Shown here: positions 25,505 through 37,962 of the stretch, in pieces
How the letters are laid out: each line of letters opens with the position of its first letter
How positions within the stretch are numbered: the first letter of the stretch is position 1
Assembly: GCF_009834535.1 (NCBI RefSeq)
Contig: NC_045719.1
Coordinates: forward strand, 13,082,001-13,146,000
Direction: 5' to 3'
Source: Camelus ferus
Lineage: Eukaryota
Length of the DNA: 64,000 bases
The notes under the pieces: generated by a model
Database searches by the model: none
Seen by the model: only the letters and a program-made list of their open reading frames with translations
Told to the model about the DNA's origin: nothing
Position numbers and translations under genes: made by a program

Positions 25505-25760
25505 AACAGTTCGCTGTGTCCTGGAGTGTGAGCTCTAAGACTGGCTGTCCCGAACGATGTCCATATCCTTGTCCTAGAATGTGGAACACAGTCCATTGCA
25601 TGAATCCACGTGGACCAAGAGCTGAGGAATTGGAGTGTGGTGATGGGAGAAAGGACGTGGATGCTAGACAAACGAAGTAACAGTGTGTGCCTCCCTTATG
25701 GGGCTGCGGTGAAGGGCAGTTGGAAATATAAAGTGCTTAGTGGTATATGAAGTGCATGTG
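25505..25760 (+). mobile_element. MIR (decayed)
   Basis: 'cttatggggctgcggtgaagg...taaagtgcttag' resembles the MIR 3' part. Confidence 0.4.
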
Positions 25761-26075
25761 ATACATAGGGGATGTGTCAGTGTTTGTCATTCTTGTTTTT
25801 AATGCAATTTTGGTAAGAAAAACCACAGGCAAACGTGAACATGTGTACGGGTGACGCAATATAGGGTATTAGAAGTTCATCCTCAGGGGAAGGCAGGGGG
25901 GATTTGAGTTGAATACAGAGTGTGAGATCACGTAGAAAAGCACTGAGTTACGTGGGTATAGAATTGGCTGGTTCTTTCGCCCTGTTGTGGGCTTGTAACC
26001 AGAGTAAAACCACGTAATTATCAATTAAACTTTTCTGTCTTGTTGTACTGTGAGCATCACTTCCTGGAAGAAGTT

Positions 26076-26630
26076 TGTGATAGGCAGCCTTTAAGGTGGT
26101 TCCCAGTCATTCCTGCCTCCTGATACTCATGCCCTAGTGAAGCTCTCCCCCACCCGGATGTGGGACAGACTTACTAACGTACTTCTAGGGAATACAGCGT
26201 GGCAGACTTTGTGTGATGGCTACCACTGCTAAGAGTTGGTTACAAAAATTAATGGCTGCCATCTGGGCACACTGTCTAAACCTCCCTCTTGGATCACTTA
26301 ACCTGGGGGTATCTACCTGCCACGCTGTGAGGCAGCCCTGTGGGGAGGGGCTGAGACCCACCGGTAACACGTGAGTGAAACTGGAAGCAGATCCCTCCAT
26401 CTCTGAATGAGCCTTCGTGTGAGCCTCCAGCCCTGGCTGGCAGCTCAGCCTTGAGCTCATGAGAAACCTGGAGCCAAGAGATATTCAGCCAAGCCGCATC
26501 CTGGTCTCCAACCCACAGACACTGCAGAAAGAAACATTTATTTATTTAAAGCAATACTTAAAGCAATAGAAGCTGTGTTAAACTTCTAAGTTTGGGAGTA
26601 ATTTGTTGTACAGCGATAGATAACCAATAA
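26076..26630 (+). mobile_element. MaLR solo LTR (MLT1E/F-like)
   Basis: Starts 'tgtgataggcagcctttaaggtggttcccag', contains 'tggaagcagatccc' and 'cagccaagccgcatcctg', and ends 'taagtttgggagtaatttgttgtacagcgatagataaccaata'. Confidence 0.85.
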
Positions 26631-27879
26631 ATCATTTCTAGATTAAAAATTGCAGGGCATAATTATCTAAGAGCTTTCATGACTTGGCATGAGTTACTAG
26701 TAAATGTGGCAGCTTTTGCCTGAATCGATCCCCATGGCCCTTTCTGCTAACCCACCCCAAGCAGAGAGAATCAAGAAAGAGGTCTACTGATTTATCTGTT
26801 TTTAAACAACTACACTTTTACTCGCTTCTGACCATAACCTTTACTCGACCATTGTATGTGTATATATACCGTGCCGTAGAGAAGAGAGGGAAAGCACATG
26901 AAATTATTTTCGGCCTCCCTCAGCTTACCCTGGGGATAAGATACATACAGGTGGGTAATTCATTAAGTTAAGCCACAGTGCGGTGAATTAAGTGCCAAAA
27001 TGGTGTGCTGTGACTGAACTCCAGTTAATTTGAAAGATCAAACACTTATTTTTATAAACTGAACTTTTTCATGCCTCCTTTCCTGCTCAGCAGAAGGGAA
27101 ATTATTTTTACACCAACCTGGCAAATTCAATCCAAACCAATAAGTTTTATTCCACCCTGGGTAATAAAATACCAGATTCTCTCAGGACATGCTCAGTCGA
27201 ATTCAAGTGGTCCCATTCTCTCCGTCATTGTTCACGATTCAGAGTTTTCTTCTGAGCTTGGTCCCCAATTCTCCGCGCTGGTTTTTGTTTTTGTTTTTGT
27301 TTTGTCTGAAACAAGGAAGACAGGGAGGAAGGGGCTTCTGCTCCTGTGGTTGAGGGAGCATGAGATTGCATGGTTTATTCCTTGTCAGTTCTCTGTGGCT
27401 TCTGGCATCTGCTGCTTTCATGTCCCCCTGCCCCACCTGTCCCCGCTCCGGTACTGGCAGTGATTAATGCAGACTCTCTTGTAGAACATCTCGCGGTCCC
27501 TAAGCACTCAGCTAGGCAGCCTCTGTCGCCCGCCAGCACGGGGGAGTCTCTGTGAAATGCCACAGATGCTCTTTGCCTGAACTCTCTTGTGTGGGCAGCA
27601 AACTGGTGTGTATTGTCTTCCACCAGCTACTGTCCCTTGTCTTCTGTGAGCTTATTAGTAATCTTGGAGTCCGTGCCATTCCAACTAGGATTCCCATATG
27701 GTCAGCGTGGCGGGCAGGAGTATTCTCTCTCTCTCTCTCTCTCTGTGTCTCTCTTTCTTGCTTACCCTGGAGGCAGCCGGGTGGAATGCTGGGCAGCGGT
27801 CCTGTGGTAGTGCCCCTGTGTCCGGGAACTGAGGGAGGACTCAAGTCAGCCGTCAGTGGAGAGTGTAGGACCTGCGGAG

Positions 27880-28140
27880 ATTTCCCCCAATCCAAGAGCC
27901 CATGAGGAACAGAACCCGCACGAACAAGCTTGGAAGTGGACCAGGTTCCAGCAGAGATCACAGATCTTTGGTAGAGACCACAGCCCGGGCTGACAGCTTG
28001 ACTGCCCCCTGGTGAGAGACCTTGAGCCAGCTAGGCCATTCCTGGGTATTTGAATTATAAAACCTATGATAGTAAATGTGTGTTTTATAAGTTTTATATA
28101 GTTTCGAAGTAGTTTGTCAAACTGCATATGTAACGAATAC
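27880..28140 (+). mobile_element. MaLR LTR (MLT1) 3' half
   Basis: 'aagcttggaagtgga...gagaccacagcccgg...gagagaccttgagccagctaggcc...gtaacgaataca'. Confidence 0.75.
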
Positions 28141-29059
28141 ACCACACCACCTGGTGAGCTTTCTGTGTGACTTCTCCCAGCCCCTGGCATCACTGGAAAT
28201 CCCTGCGGGTCATGCATACATCAAGATACAGATTGTAAACTGGGACTGTGCCCTTTTCTCAGAATCCATCCCCAAACTACAAGGGAGATTCTGTTGGCGT
28301 GACGAGTCTTTACAGGGTAATATATTAAACATTCTTCCGCCCGTATCTTTGCACAGAGGAGGAAGAAAAGATAAATTACCGACTCTAAGGCTCTACAGAA
28401 ACTGTTCTCCCAACCTCTGCCATCCCTACCTTGCAAATACCTGTATTCCCTCTTCGTTTCCTCTAATGGTAAAGCCTGCAAAAACCAGCTCTTTCTTACT
28501 TGAAACTTGTTGCCGATTGGGGAAAGCCCCGAACTAGGAATAACACTTTCTTAATATTTAGCTGTTTGAAATAATGTGTCATTCATTACCCTCAGATGTG
28601 AGCGCTCTCCCTGGTTTTTCATAGACTCTCTGCATAGTCATCGTGAAGAGCCAGACAGCTGGTAAGCCAGGAAGGCAGGGGAAGAAACCACCTCATGTTC
28701 GCTTACGTGATACCGTAGCAGAATTCTCTGAGGAGGCGATCAATGGAAGCTGGTCTGGTGGATGAGGTGGGATTTGTTCTGAGCCTTAAAGGATTGGAGG
28801 ATTTGCATTAATAGATTGGAGGTTTATGATCATTTCAGAAGGCCAAAAAAAAAAAAAAGACTTGTGCAAAAGGCACTAAGATCAAAATTCCTTTTGGAGG
28901 CAGAGTGGGAGGAAAAGAACCTGTCTGTGAGGCTACTGAAAGAGAAAGATTTCTGTCTTCTGTCGCAGTGGATTACTCAGAGAGTCTGACTGTTAGCGGT
29001 AGACGAGATGTTTTTGGGTAGAGGCGTAAGATAAGGAAATTAATGACTTCATAAATTGA

Positions 29060-29200
29060 TAACCAAAGAATAAATGTTTACTGAGGGTCTTCTCTGCTGA
29101 AAGTGCAGTGGTCAGCAGAGCGGATACGGCTGCCACCCTCGTAGAGCTTACGGTCTGTTGTGGGAGACCGTGACTGTAACAGTGAGTCAGAGGGTTTCAG
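29060..29200 (-). mobile_element. L2 3' fragment
   Basis: 'aataaatgtttactgag...tgccaccctcgtagagcttacggtct'. Confidence 0.45.
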
Positions 29201-29284
29201 TGTGTAGAACACTGAGAAGCTGAGGTTCAGTGTGACGTGTGAGGCTGCAGTGGGAGAACTTCATGGAGTTAGGCTTTCCTAAAG

Positions 29285-30005
29285 ATTTTTTTTTTCCAAA
29301 TGGAATCTCTTGTTTTGAGGTAATTACAGATTCACAGCAGGTGTAAGAAATAGGACAGATTCCATGTATCCTCTTTCCAGTTTTCTCCGACAGTAAGTAA
29401 CGCCTTGAGTAACCATCGTACAGAGTCACACCCAGGATGTGGACACTGACACAGGGACTATGCAGAGCACTGCCCTTGTGAGGATTTCTCCCGTTGCCTT
29501 CTTTAGCCACGCCTCCTTCTGTCTTGCTGCACCCTCTCATTAATTAATCTCTGGCAACCACTCCCCTGGTCTCTATTTCTAAAATGTGGACATTTCAAAA
29601 ATGCTGTATGAATGAATCATGCAGTTTATAACTTTGGTGACTGGCTTTTCATCTCATTCCAAGAGGATCCACTCACTGGACATGGTCCTCTGGGCTGCCA
29701 GCTGTCTTTCAGCACTTGAAAGGTTAGGACATTTCCTTCTGACTTAACATGTTTCATGATGAGAAGTCCTGTGTCATTCAAAAATGTCCTCTCTGAGTAA
29801 TGTCACTTCTTTTTCACTGCTTTCAAGATTTTGTCTTTCGTGTTTAGAAGTTTGACCACTATGTTTCCTTGGGTTTTATCCCATTTCGAGTTTGTGCACT
29901 TTCTTGAATCTTTAGGTTTGTATCTGTTGCCAAATTTGGGAATTTTTCAGCCTTTATTTATTTGAGTATTTTTTCATGTCGGTCCTCTATCTCCTCTTCT
30001 TCCAA
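29285..30005 (-). mobile_element. L1M (L1MC-like): 3' end joined to a more 5' internal segment
   Basis: 'ttgaggtaattacagattcacagcaggtgtaagaaat...ctggcaaccact...gaatcatgcagt', then 'tttcagcacttgaa...gatgagaagtc...ccaaatttgggaatttttcagcc'. Confidence 0.7.
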
Positions 30006-30074
30006 AAGCCTGCAATGCATTTTAAAGAGTAAATGGGAAGCTACTGATAAGTTTTAATCAAGGAACTTGTATCA

Positions 30075-30515
30075 TTAAGCTTTTAATGAAAAACAAACCA
30101 TCCCACAATTTAGTGGATTAAAACAACAATCATTCAGTTAACTCACAACTCTGTAGGTTGGCAATTTTGGCTGGTCTTAGTAGGGTAGTTTTTTTTCCTG
30201 TTCAAGGCTAGTGTTAATACTGCATCTTCAGTTAGCTGCTATTTTGGTGGATGTAGAAGTTCTCCACTGACGGCTTGTCTCTGCTTCAAATGTACCTTCA
30301 CCTTCCAGCAGATAAACTGAGCTTTCTCACGTGGTGGTGGAAAGTTGCAAGACCTATGAGAAGCAAGCTCCAACGTGTAAGAGCTTTTCGGGACTCTGCT
30401 CTTGGAATGTTTGCCAATGTCCAGTGGCCAGAGTAAATCATACAACCAACCCAAATTCAAGGGATAGAAAAATACTTTCCAACTTTCAATGGCAGGGGAC
30501 AATTTTTGCAGTCCA
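30075..30515 (-). mobile_element. MaLR LTR (old MLT1J/K-like)
   Basis: 'caaaccatcccacaatttagtggattaaaacaacaatcatt...ctcacaactctgtaggttggc...caacccaaattcaaggg'. Confidence 0.65.
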
Positions 30516-30559
30516 GCTCAGGGGTATTATAATCAGAATCACCTTTTTAAAAGAGTATT

Positions 30560-31095
30560 TGATACAGTGAGAGGTATGATTTTCAGGAAGCCAGAGGTGA
30601 GGCTGAGAGATCATTTTAAAAAGGAAGAGAGAGAAAACTGCAGATTTAAAATATGCTTAAGGGGTAGCAATGACAAGTGGTTGATTATGTATGAGTAGAG
30701 GAGAAAGGATGTGTCATGCATTACTAGTAGGTTTCCTGTCTTGAGCAGTTTGGGGAATAGTAGTGACATTTGTTGAATTGGGAACCCTAGAAATGGCAAG
30801 ATGAAGACAAGGGTAATGAGTTCAGTTTGGGATAAATTTTATTTGAGGTACTGAGAGGCATCCAAGTGGAAATACTGACTATGTAATTCAGTAAAGGGCC
30901 AGGGTCTAAGGAAAGAGTTTTGGATAGAAGAAAAAAGATCTGTAAGTTGTCAACTTATTGACTGTACATAGTTTTGGCTATACAAATGGGTGAGTTAAAT
31001 GTGCAATAAGAGTTGTGTGATTCTGAAATATGAAGAGTGGAACAAATCCAGGATTCCATTGAGTTGAACAATCTTTAGCACTAGTCAGAGAGATG
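30560..31095 (-). mobile_element. L2 fragment
   Basis: 'atgagttcagtttggg...tttgaggtactgagaggcatccaagtggaaat' is antisense L2. Confidence 0.7.
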
Positions 31096-32599
31096 TTTTA
31101 TTTGGCCATTTTATTAAGCACTCATATCTTTAGGATTTGCTTAAAAGATTTGAGTATACCTCAAGAGACAAGTACAAAATCCAACCTTATTTATCACCCG
31201 TGGTGGGAACCACAGACGTCTGTGAGTAGAGGGATGGATCAGGTGATTATATATTTGTAACAGGGAGTCGGGGCTGTATCACCACAGGGTCGTACCCCTC
31301 ATGTATTATGTAGCTATTCAGATAACAACTCCAAATAGAGTCTAGTCTGTCTGATCAGGGTTGCCAACAAACACTCACTCAGTAAAATAATAATAGACAA
31401 AACTCAAAAATATCTGGGATGATATTTGACTTAGTTTCAAGTATGAGAATTGCACTTGATTTCTGAAGTCCAGAGATCATGACCAGGCAGCTTTTCTGAC
31501 CATATGTCCCTTTTGTCACAGGTGCGTTTCTTAGGGTATATGCATCCTTTCACTCTAGGGGGAATCAGAATAAAGTACAAAGATATTTTTAAGAGAGATA
31601 AATTAAGATATTTTTATCTTGAGATGGAATCTATGCATCTTTTTTTGTACATGTGAAATTTAATAGAATTTGGCATGTTTGAGTGACAGCCTGGTAAATC
31701 CAATTTAAAATGTTATTGAGTAATTGATTCAGAATGGTGATGTAAGTCGAAATCTTGCTAAGTTTATGTACAGTATGTTATGAACATTTATACAAACTTA
31801 AATTGTACCATATTTATCAGTTAATTTCTTGGATTTATAAAAATCCCTAATACTTGAGAAGGCTTTTTCTCAGATAATTGAGATGCTAAAAAATGAGTCT
31901 AAAATATATTTTATTTATAAATTCTGTTTAAAATATTTGAAATAATATTCAAAGTCCCTTTAAAGATTATTGTTTTTCTGGACTTACAAGTTGAATAGAA
32001 TTTGCTAATTGGACTTAAGCATCTGACAAGGGTTTTGAATTTGTAACTTCAGACAGTTAAATTTAAAGTGAAATCATAAAACTCTATAAAGTTTCTTACG
32101 TACAAAATCTACCCTGAACTGAAAAGAAGAAGGAAATAAGTTAGAAGACTGCTGCAGGAAATGAAGAAATCAGTTAGATTTAGAGGCACAGGAAAAGAGC
32201 CCTCTGGAGGGGTAGTACAGTGGGACCTGAAATGACGCAAGTACAAAACCAGAGTGAGGTGCTGGGAGCCTTGGGAGGGAGTGAACCTTGGGTTGTACAA
32301 GGTCTCATTAAGGTTACAATTAAATACAGTGTTCAAGAGTGTTTACAATTGACAGCTAGTATTGAGAAGTTGATCCTCCCTACCCTCACTCTAGCCCATC
32401 TAGAGACCCATTTGCAACAAACTCAGCTCTTTTAACTCCCTTCATCTCCAATCTTGCATGAGAGGTGAAAAGAGTTGTAAGAATGAACGTGTCCACATTG
32501 GTTGGGGTGTCATGGGGAAACGGGTGCTCAGAACAAACGATGAGCTCGTGAGAACTAATTTTCAACCTCCCCATGTGAAGCAGCCTCGTTGTTTATCCC

Positions 32600-33640
32600 T
32601 TCCTTTCCCCAGAGTTGGAAAGGTACACTAGGTGTCCTCCTTGCTTCATATGCTCTCATATTCATACCATAATCCTCTGTGAATATTTAAAATTCTACAT
32701 GCCTTTGAGGCTCATGATATAAAACTATAGCCTTTCCTTTTTTCTTTGTTCTCAACCACTGACATTTTAATTACTCTTTCTGCGTTCATTTTCAAAAGCA
32801 AGGTAACAGGTGACTGGTAATCTTCCTCTTCTCACCACGCCCTTCTACTGTTTTGGGTGACTTCTGTTTTACCAATGTCCTGATCCTCAATTTCTTGACA
32901 TTTTCATCTGTAATGAGTATTTTTTTCCATTCCGTTTCAGCCATTTGCTCCCGTAACCCCATCCTGAGCCTCGTTCTTTGGATCTTCTCTGTTTCTGCTA
33001 TCTTGTGAGCAGGATCACAGAGATGACCACAATCTCCTAGCCTTCCATCTTTCCAAACGGCCATGAAATCTATTTCTCTCCATTCCAACCATCACTGCCC
33101 TTTACTCCTTCGTGCGATCATCATCTCTGTTCTGGACTCTTTCTTCCATTTCTTACCTGACCTTGCAGATTCTGTTTTGTAATTCATTTTTGTTTATTCC
33201 CCTGTTTTCAGTGTTCCTTCTCTATAAAATGCAAACTAGATCATTGCCCTTAGGATACTGTCCAAACTCTTGATCAAAACCCATTTCTTCATCCCCACTT
33301 CAGCTCTCATTTCACACCACATCCATCTCTCCACACCAGCAAGACTGAAATTCATTGAGTTCTCCAGATATTCCATATACTTTCACCTTGTGGTGTTTTC
33401 TGCCTAAAATATCAGTCCCACCCCTACCTGAAATTTTCACCCGCACCATGCTCTCTTTAGTCCTTTCCTATGCATTCTGTAGGCCCTAACTTAAATTTTA
33501 CTTTCTTTATAAAATGTTCCCTAGATTTTTCCTGGCCCAGGCATCCCACTTCGGATATAGTGTCCTTATTCTCGTGTTACTAAAGCTTTCTCTGCTTCCC
33601 AAGCAGACAGTTTATTATACTTTGTGATCATTGCTTTATT
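32600..33640 (+). mobile_element. L2 fragments
   Basis: Pyrimidine-rich sense L2 text, e.g. 'ccttaggatactgtccaaactctt' and 'atcatcatctctg'. Confidence 0.6.
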
Positions 33641-33959
33641 CTTTGCAGGTTCTTTGATCAACATATATTGGGAGGTGTTAGGAACCTGAACTGGACTTTT
33701 CCTAAACATCTCTTTACTGTTTATATGACATGGTCTAAGGAATAAGGCAGTGTTACATTTTAGAAATGTTCCCCGGTTTAGGCTAGCATTGCATCTTTTC
33801 TTGATGAAACATATTTATGCTGTAAGAAGGTGTGCTTGAAGGAAATGGGAAACCAAGATTCACTGATAATTATGGGTTCTTAATGTTTATTGTTTCCTAA
33901 ACCCCCCTTTGTAGTACTTAACATTAACGTATTAAACTTTGCTGGACCTATGTTAATAA

Positions 33960-34190
33960 AAATAACATTTATTGATCATTATATACTAGTCACCACAGCA
34001 CTTCGCATACATTTGCTCACTCGTGTCTTCGCACCTTATTAAAAAGTAGGCATTACTCCTATTATCACAATTTAAGAAATAAGGAAACCAAAGCTGATAA
34101 AGCTTAAGCAACTTGCCTGAGATTTGTAGTTTCTTCAAATGGGGAAATGCAGTTGCACACTCAGGCAGTCAGGTGCTGGGACCTGCCCTC
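33960..34190 (-). mobile_element. MIR
   Basis: 'aataacatttattga...gtaggcattact...ggaaaccaaagc...aagcaacttgcctgag'. Confidence 0.55.
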
Positions 34191-35299
34191 AGATCCAAAC
34201 TACTGTTTCAGCAAAAGAACCTCAGTGTAGGGGAGAAATGATGTGATGTCAAGAAATCGACATTTTAAATAGAAACGAGACTCTTATTTACCATTTCTCA
34301 GGCTAGTTCCTGTGTTTGAGTCTGTTTACTTAGGATCACCTGACTAGCTCATACTACCTGTCATGTTGGAAGTCAGTAGATAATTTTGTTTTATATTGAC
34401 ACTCACGATACAGACATGGAATGACTGATCTAGGGATGAAAATTGAAGGTGCTGTTTGCCACTCTTGTTATCTGCTGAAAAGTAGCCAAGTATCTTGTGA
34501 AAAATGCACTCAATAAGGAAACATACGGCCTCTGTGGCAACAAAAGCAAACACCTGGCCAAGATCATGTTCATGGACTATAGATTGCATTGTCCCAAATC
34601 CTTAATTAAGTGCCCTTGCCTATAAATTCCAAGTGTAGTCAATTGTATTAATAGCTACAAATATCCTTGGCACAAAAATGACTTCTTTTGCACTAAACAT
34701 CACATAGGCCAAGAGAATGAGCACACCAATAGCGCAGTAAAACTGATTCTCTAAACTCTGGACCATTAAACCAGGCTCACGTAGCCAGGAACAAATCTCA
34801 CGTGAGGAAGGTTTACACGGTATGTGATTGGGGTGTGAAGGATGCGGTGGCGTCTGGGAAGAAAAGTAAGAAATGGAGATAGAATTAATGCATTTCCCAT
34901 TTTAGGACGAGGATAGGTCTCTGCATTTCTGCATTGTCCTTCCTTCCTTTCTTCCTCATGCTTTATATTAGGGATTCAGATGCATGGATCCAGATGAGAA
35001 ACATGTATTTTATTCAAAGAAAGGTACAAAACCCTGTCAGAAGTGCTGGAACCCACCACTAATATTAGACAGCAGATTTGGAAATTGTCTCCTCATCCCG
35101 GTCTGTTTATTTAAAAGCAAATACACAGAGAAATAAGATACGTGAAAGATTATTGTCCATTTTCACGATAATACTTTTTGTTTTATTTATATGTTTAGAA
35201 GCAAAAAATGAAAAGAATATTATTCAGAATTATAAATTTTTTTACGCAAGTCATGAAATAGCATTAAGTGTAGGAAATTTAGACTAAAAAACAAATCCT

Positions 35300-35470
35300 T
35301 ATTCTACTATCTTCTAATTGTATGAATTTTAGTGATTTCCTTATTTTCTGGAACTTAAATTTCTCATCTACAAAATGGGGACATCGGTACCTCTCCTGTT
35401 GTACAGAGATTGAGGATCGAATTTGATTTGAGAAGGCACTTAGTAAACTCTACAGGATTATGAACATGTT
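35300..35470 (+). mobile_element. MIR
   Basis: 'tttctcatctacaaaatgggga...gaaggcacttag'. Confidence 0.5.
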
Positions 35471-35549
35471 TGTAATTATAATGATGTGCTGTCTGTTTTC
35501 CCAGCTCAGCCTTAGTAACACATGCAATTACTGAATCAGTATTCATGTA

Positions 35550-35689
35550 NNNNNNNNNNNNNNNNNNNNNNNNNNNNNNNNNNNNNNNNNNNNNNNNNNN
35601 NNNNNNNNNNNNNNNNNNNNNNNNNNNNNNNNNNNNNNNNNNNNNNNNNNNNNNNNNNNNNNNNNNNNNNNNNNNNNNNNNNNNNNNNN
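35550..35689. other. Assembly gap (140 N)
   Basis: Run of N. Confidence 1.
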
Positions 35690-36329
35690 ACAGAAAGTGG
35701 AAATACCTCTTTCAACTGACGTTCTAAAGGGAGTTAGGTGGGAGGGAAACAATTATTCAGAGTGGATAACAGTACTCAGAATTGCAAAGCGTGCCCTGGA
35801 ACCTTAAATAAGTTCAAGCAGACAGATGTTTAAAGTTGCACTTGTCAAATGAGAGAAATGCTTTTCCTGTTGGTTTTTAAAACTTTTTAAACAAATCGGG
35901 ATTCTTTACCTGAAAGTTTTTTGTTCCTTTCAGAATAAATTGGCTAAAACTGGCATTAAGCATCTTTAAAATTAAGTCATCTGTAGTTATTTTTCTTTTC
36001 TAATCTGTTACTGAAACCTTTTATGGATGGCAGATCTGTATGTTTTAAGTTATTTATTTATTTATTTTTCCTTTCCCCCAGAGACTTTTTCAAGGAGTGC
36101 AATTTTATGAGAGAATTTTTGAAAGAATATACATTTTTTTCAATTCTGCAGTCAAAGTTTATGGGAAACCCTGATTACCATATACATTTCTGGGAGATTC
36201 ACGAATACATAGCATATTAAAAGCTTTGCGTCCTTTCGTGGCAAGGAACCATATTTGACTGTTTAAACTAGTGTTTTTCAGATTTCTTTGGCCATTGGTA
36301 AAGCAAAAGATCCTCTGTAGTAAGGCTGC

Positions 36330-36505
36330 CGGAGCTGGATCCCAGGCCTGCCCTTGACCTATCTGAGCCCAAGTTTCCTCACCTGTAAAATGTGGATTAG
36401 ATGATACATAGGTCACAGAATGTTTTACAAGGATTACCTGAGGTGACGTTTGCAAAGTGCTTAGAATGTTGTCTGACATGATTGTGCAAGTGTTTATTAA
36501 AAATA
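36330..36505 (+). mobile_element. MIR
   Basis: 'aagtttcctcacctgtaaaatgtggat...aaagtgcttagaatgttgtctgacat'. Confidence 0.6.
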
Positions 36506-37761
36506 ATGTAAACTTTCCTTTCATGCCCCATTTTCTCAAAGCCCTGCTACTTGAGGGATTGTGCAGATATGGGAGACGGGCAGAGGGTATGGAATCTAAT
36601 TTTAATAGCTTCCAAGACTGTAGGCTCCTCGAGGCTCAGAGAAGTTAAATAACTTGCTCAAGACATGGTGGTAGAGATTCAGACTTGGACAAGTTTTGGT
36701 CCTGGCCCTTATATTAAACCACCGCATTAGATGCATCTCTGAGGGATAAACAACAGTTCATTGTTTCACATAACTTCTCTCCTAGAAATGTTTGTTTCCA
36801 AGTAAACCCATGTTTCCTAACGCTCATGAAAGATTTTGGACGAATAGGACCAGAAGACTTTTGCTGTCCTTTCAAAACTGGTTCAATTACTCAACAATCT
36901 TGGCTGCCTTTGTCACTTAACTAGAAGATGAGAATCAAGATACAAAGACAAAATTGAATAAAAAGATTTCAACCAAAATCTACCCAAATTCTAACCAAAA
37001 TAAGAATTATTAGAAAGGATTATGACACACTGACATGGGACTAGGTGGTGGGAGAGAGAGGGGACAGTACATCAAAATAGTTGTGTGACATTTTGGTTAG
37101 CAAGCAAGAAAGAATGTAAATCAACCTCCTGTGTGTCTTTTCATGCCCTTTGGGTAGTTTAAAAAATGATTAAAGAAATATATTTATCATTACAAGTCAC
37201 CTTGGCTCTTTCTAGTTAAATTTCTGTGATAGCTACAATTTTTTACCTTCCTGCTTATAAGATTCTTTTTGACCAAGGAATTAAGAAAATCTTGTGAAAT
37301 CATTAAAAAGAAAAGTGCCTAGAGTTCTTCTTACTAAAATGGCATGGCTAGTCAATCTTCTAAGCATACCTTCTTGGTTTGCTTGGACAGTGTATGTTAA
37401 ATATTTGTCTTGTACAGTTCAGTTTGCCTCAGTCTAGTTCAATGATTAAGCAGTTAGAACTATTCATCAGTATTCAGTAAAAATAAATCTATTTGCAAGG
37501 ATTTCCAACAAAAAGGAAAAACAAGGACTTTCAGGAACTCATATCTAGTTAGAGAAGTGGCTTGATTGAGCATTCCGGGTGGCCTCAGATCTGAATGCAG
37601 GTTTAGCAGTGGCTCCTGTGTTGTGCCTGGAGAGGTGGGCAGGATTCAGAGGTGGGAGGGGGATGCAGGAGGGCGCTGCGGGACAAAGACTGGAACAACA
37701 TCACGAAGGACACGAGGAGGAACGTGTGGAGTTTTTCCACGTATCATAGATCAGTTAGGCT

Positions 37762-37962
37762 TACCCCTTCAACCTCAGCATTACTGACATTTGAGGCTGG
37801 CTTGTGGGGTCTCCTGCGCATGGAAGGATGCTTAGCAGCATCCTTGGCCTCTACCAGCTAGATGCCAGGCGCCCTCTCCCCGCTTATGACAATCAAAAAT
37901 GTTTCCCGATATTGTCAAATGTCCCTCACAGGGACCAAATCACCGCTGGTTGAGAATCCATG
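37762..37962 (-). mobile_element. MER20 (hAT-Charlie MITE)
   Basis: 'caacctcagcattactgacattt...gatgcttagcagcatccttggcctctaccagctagatgccag...tgacaatcaaaaatgtttcc...aaatgtccc...ggttgagaatcc'. Confidence 0.85.
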
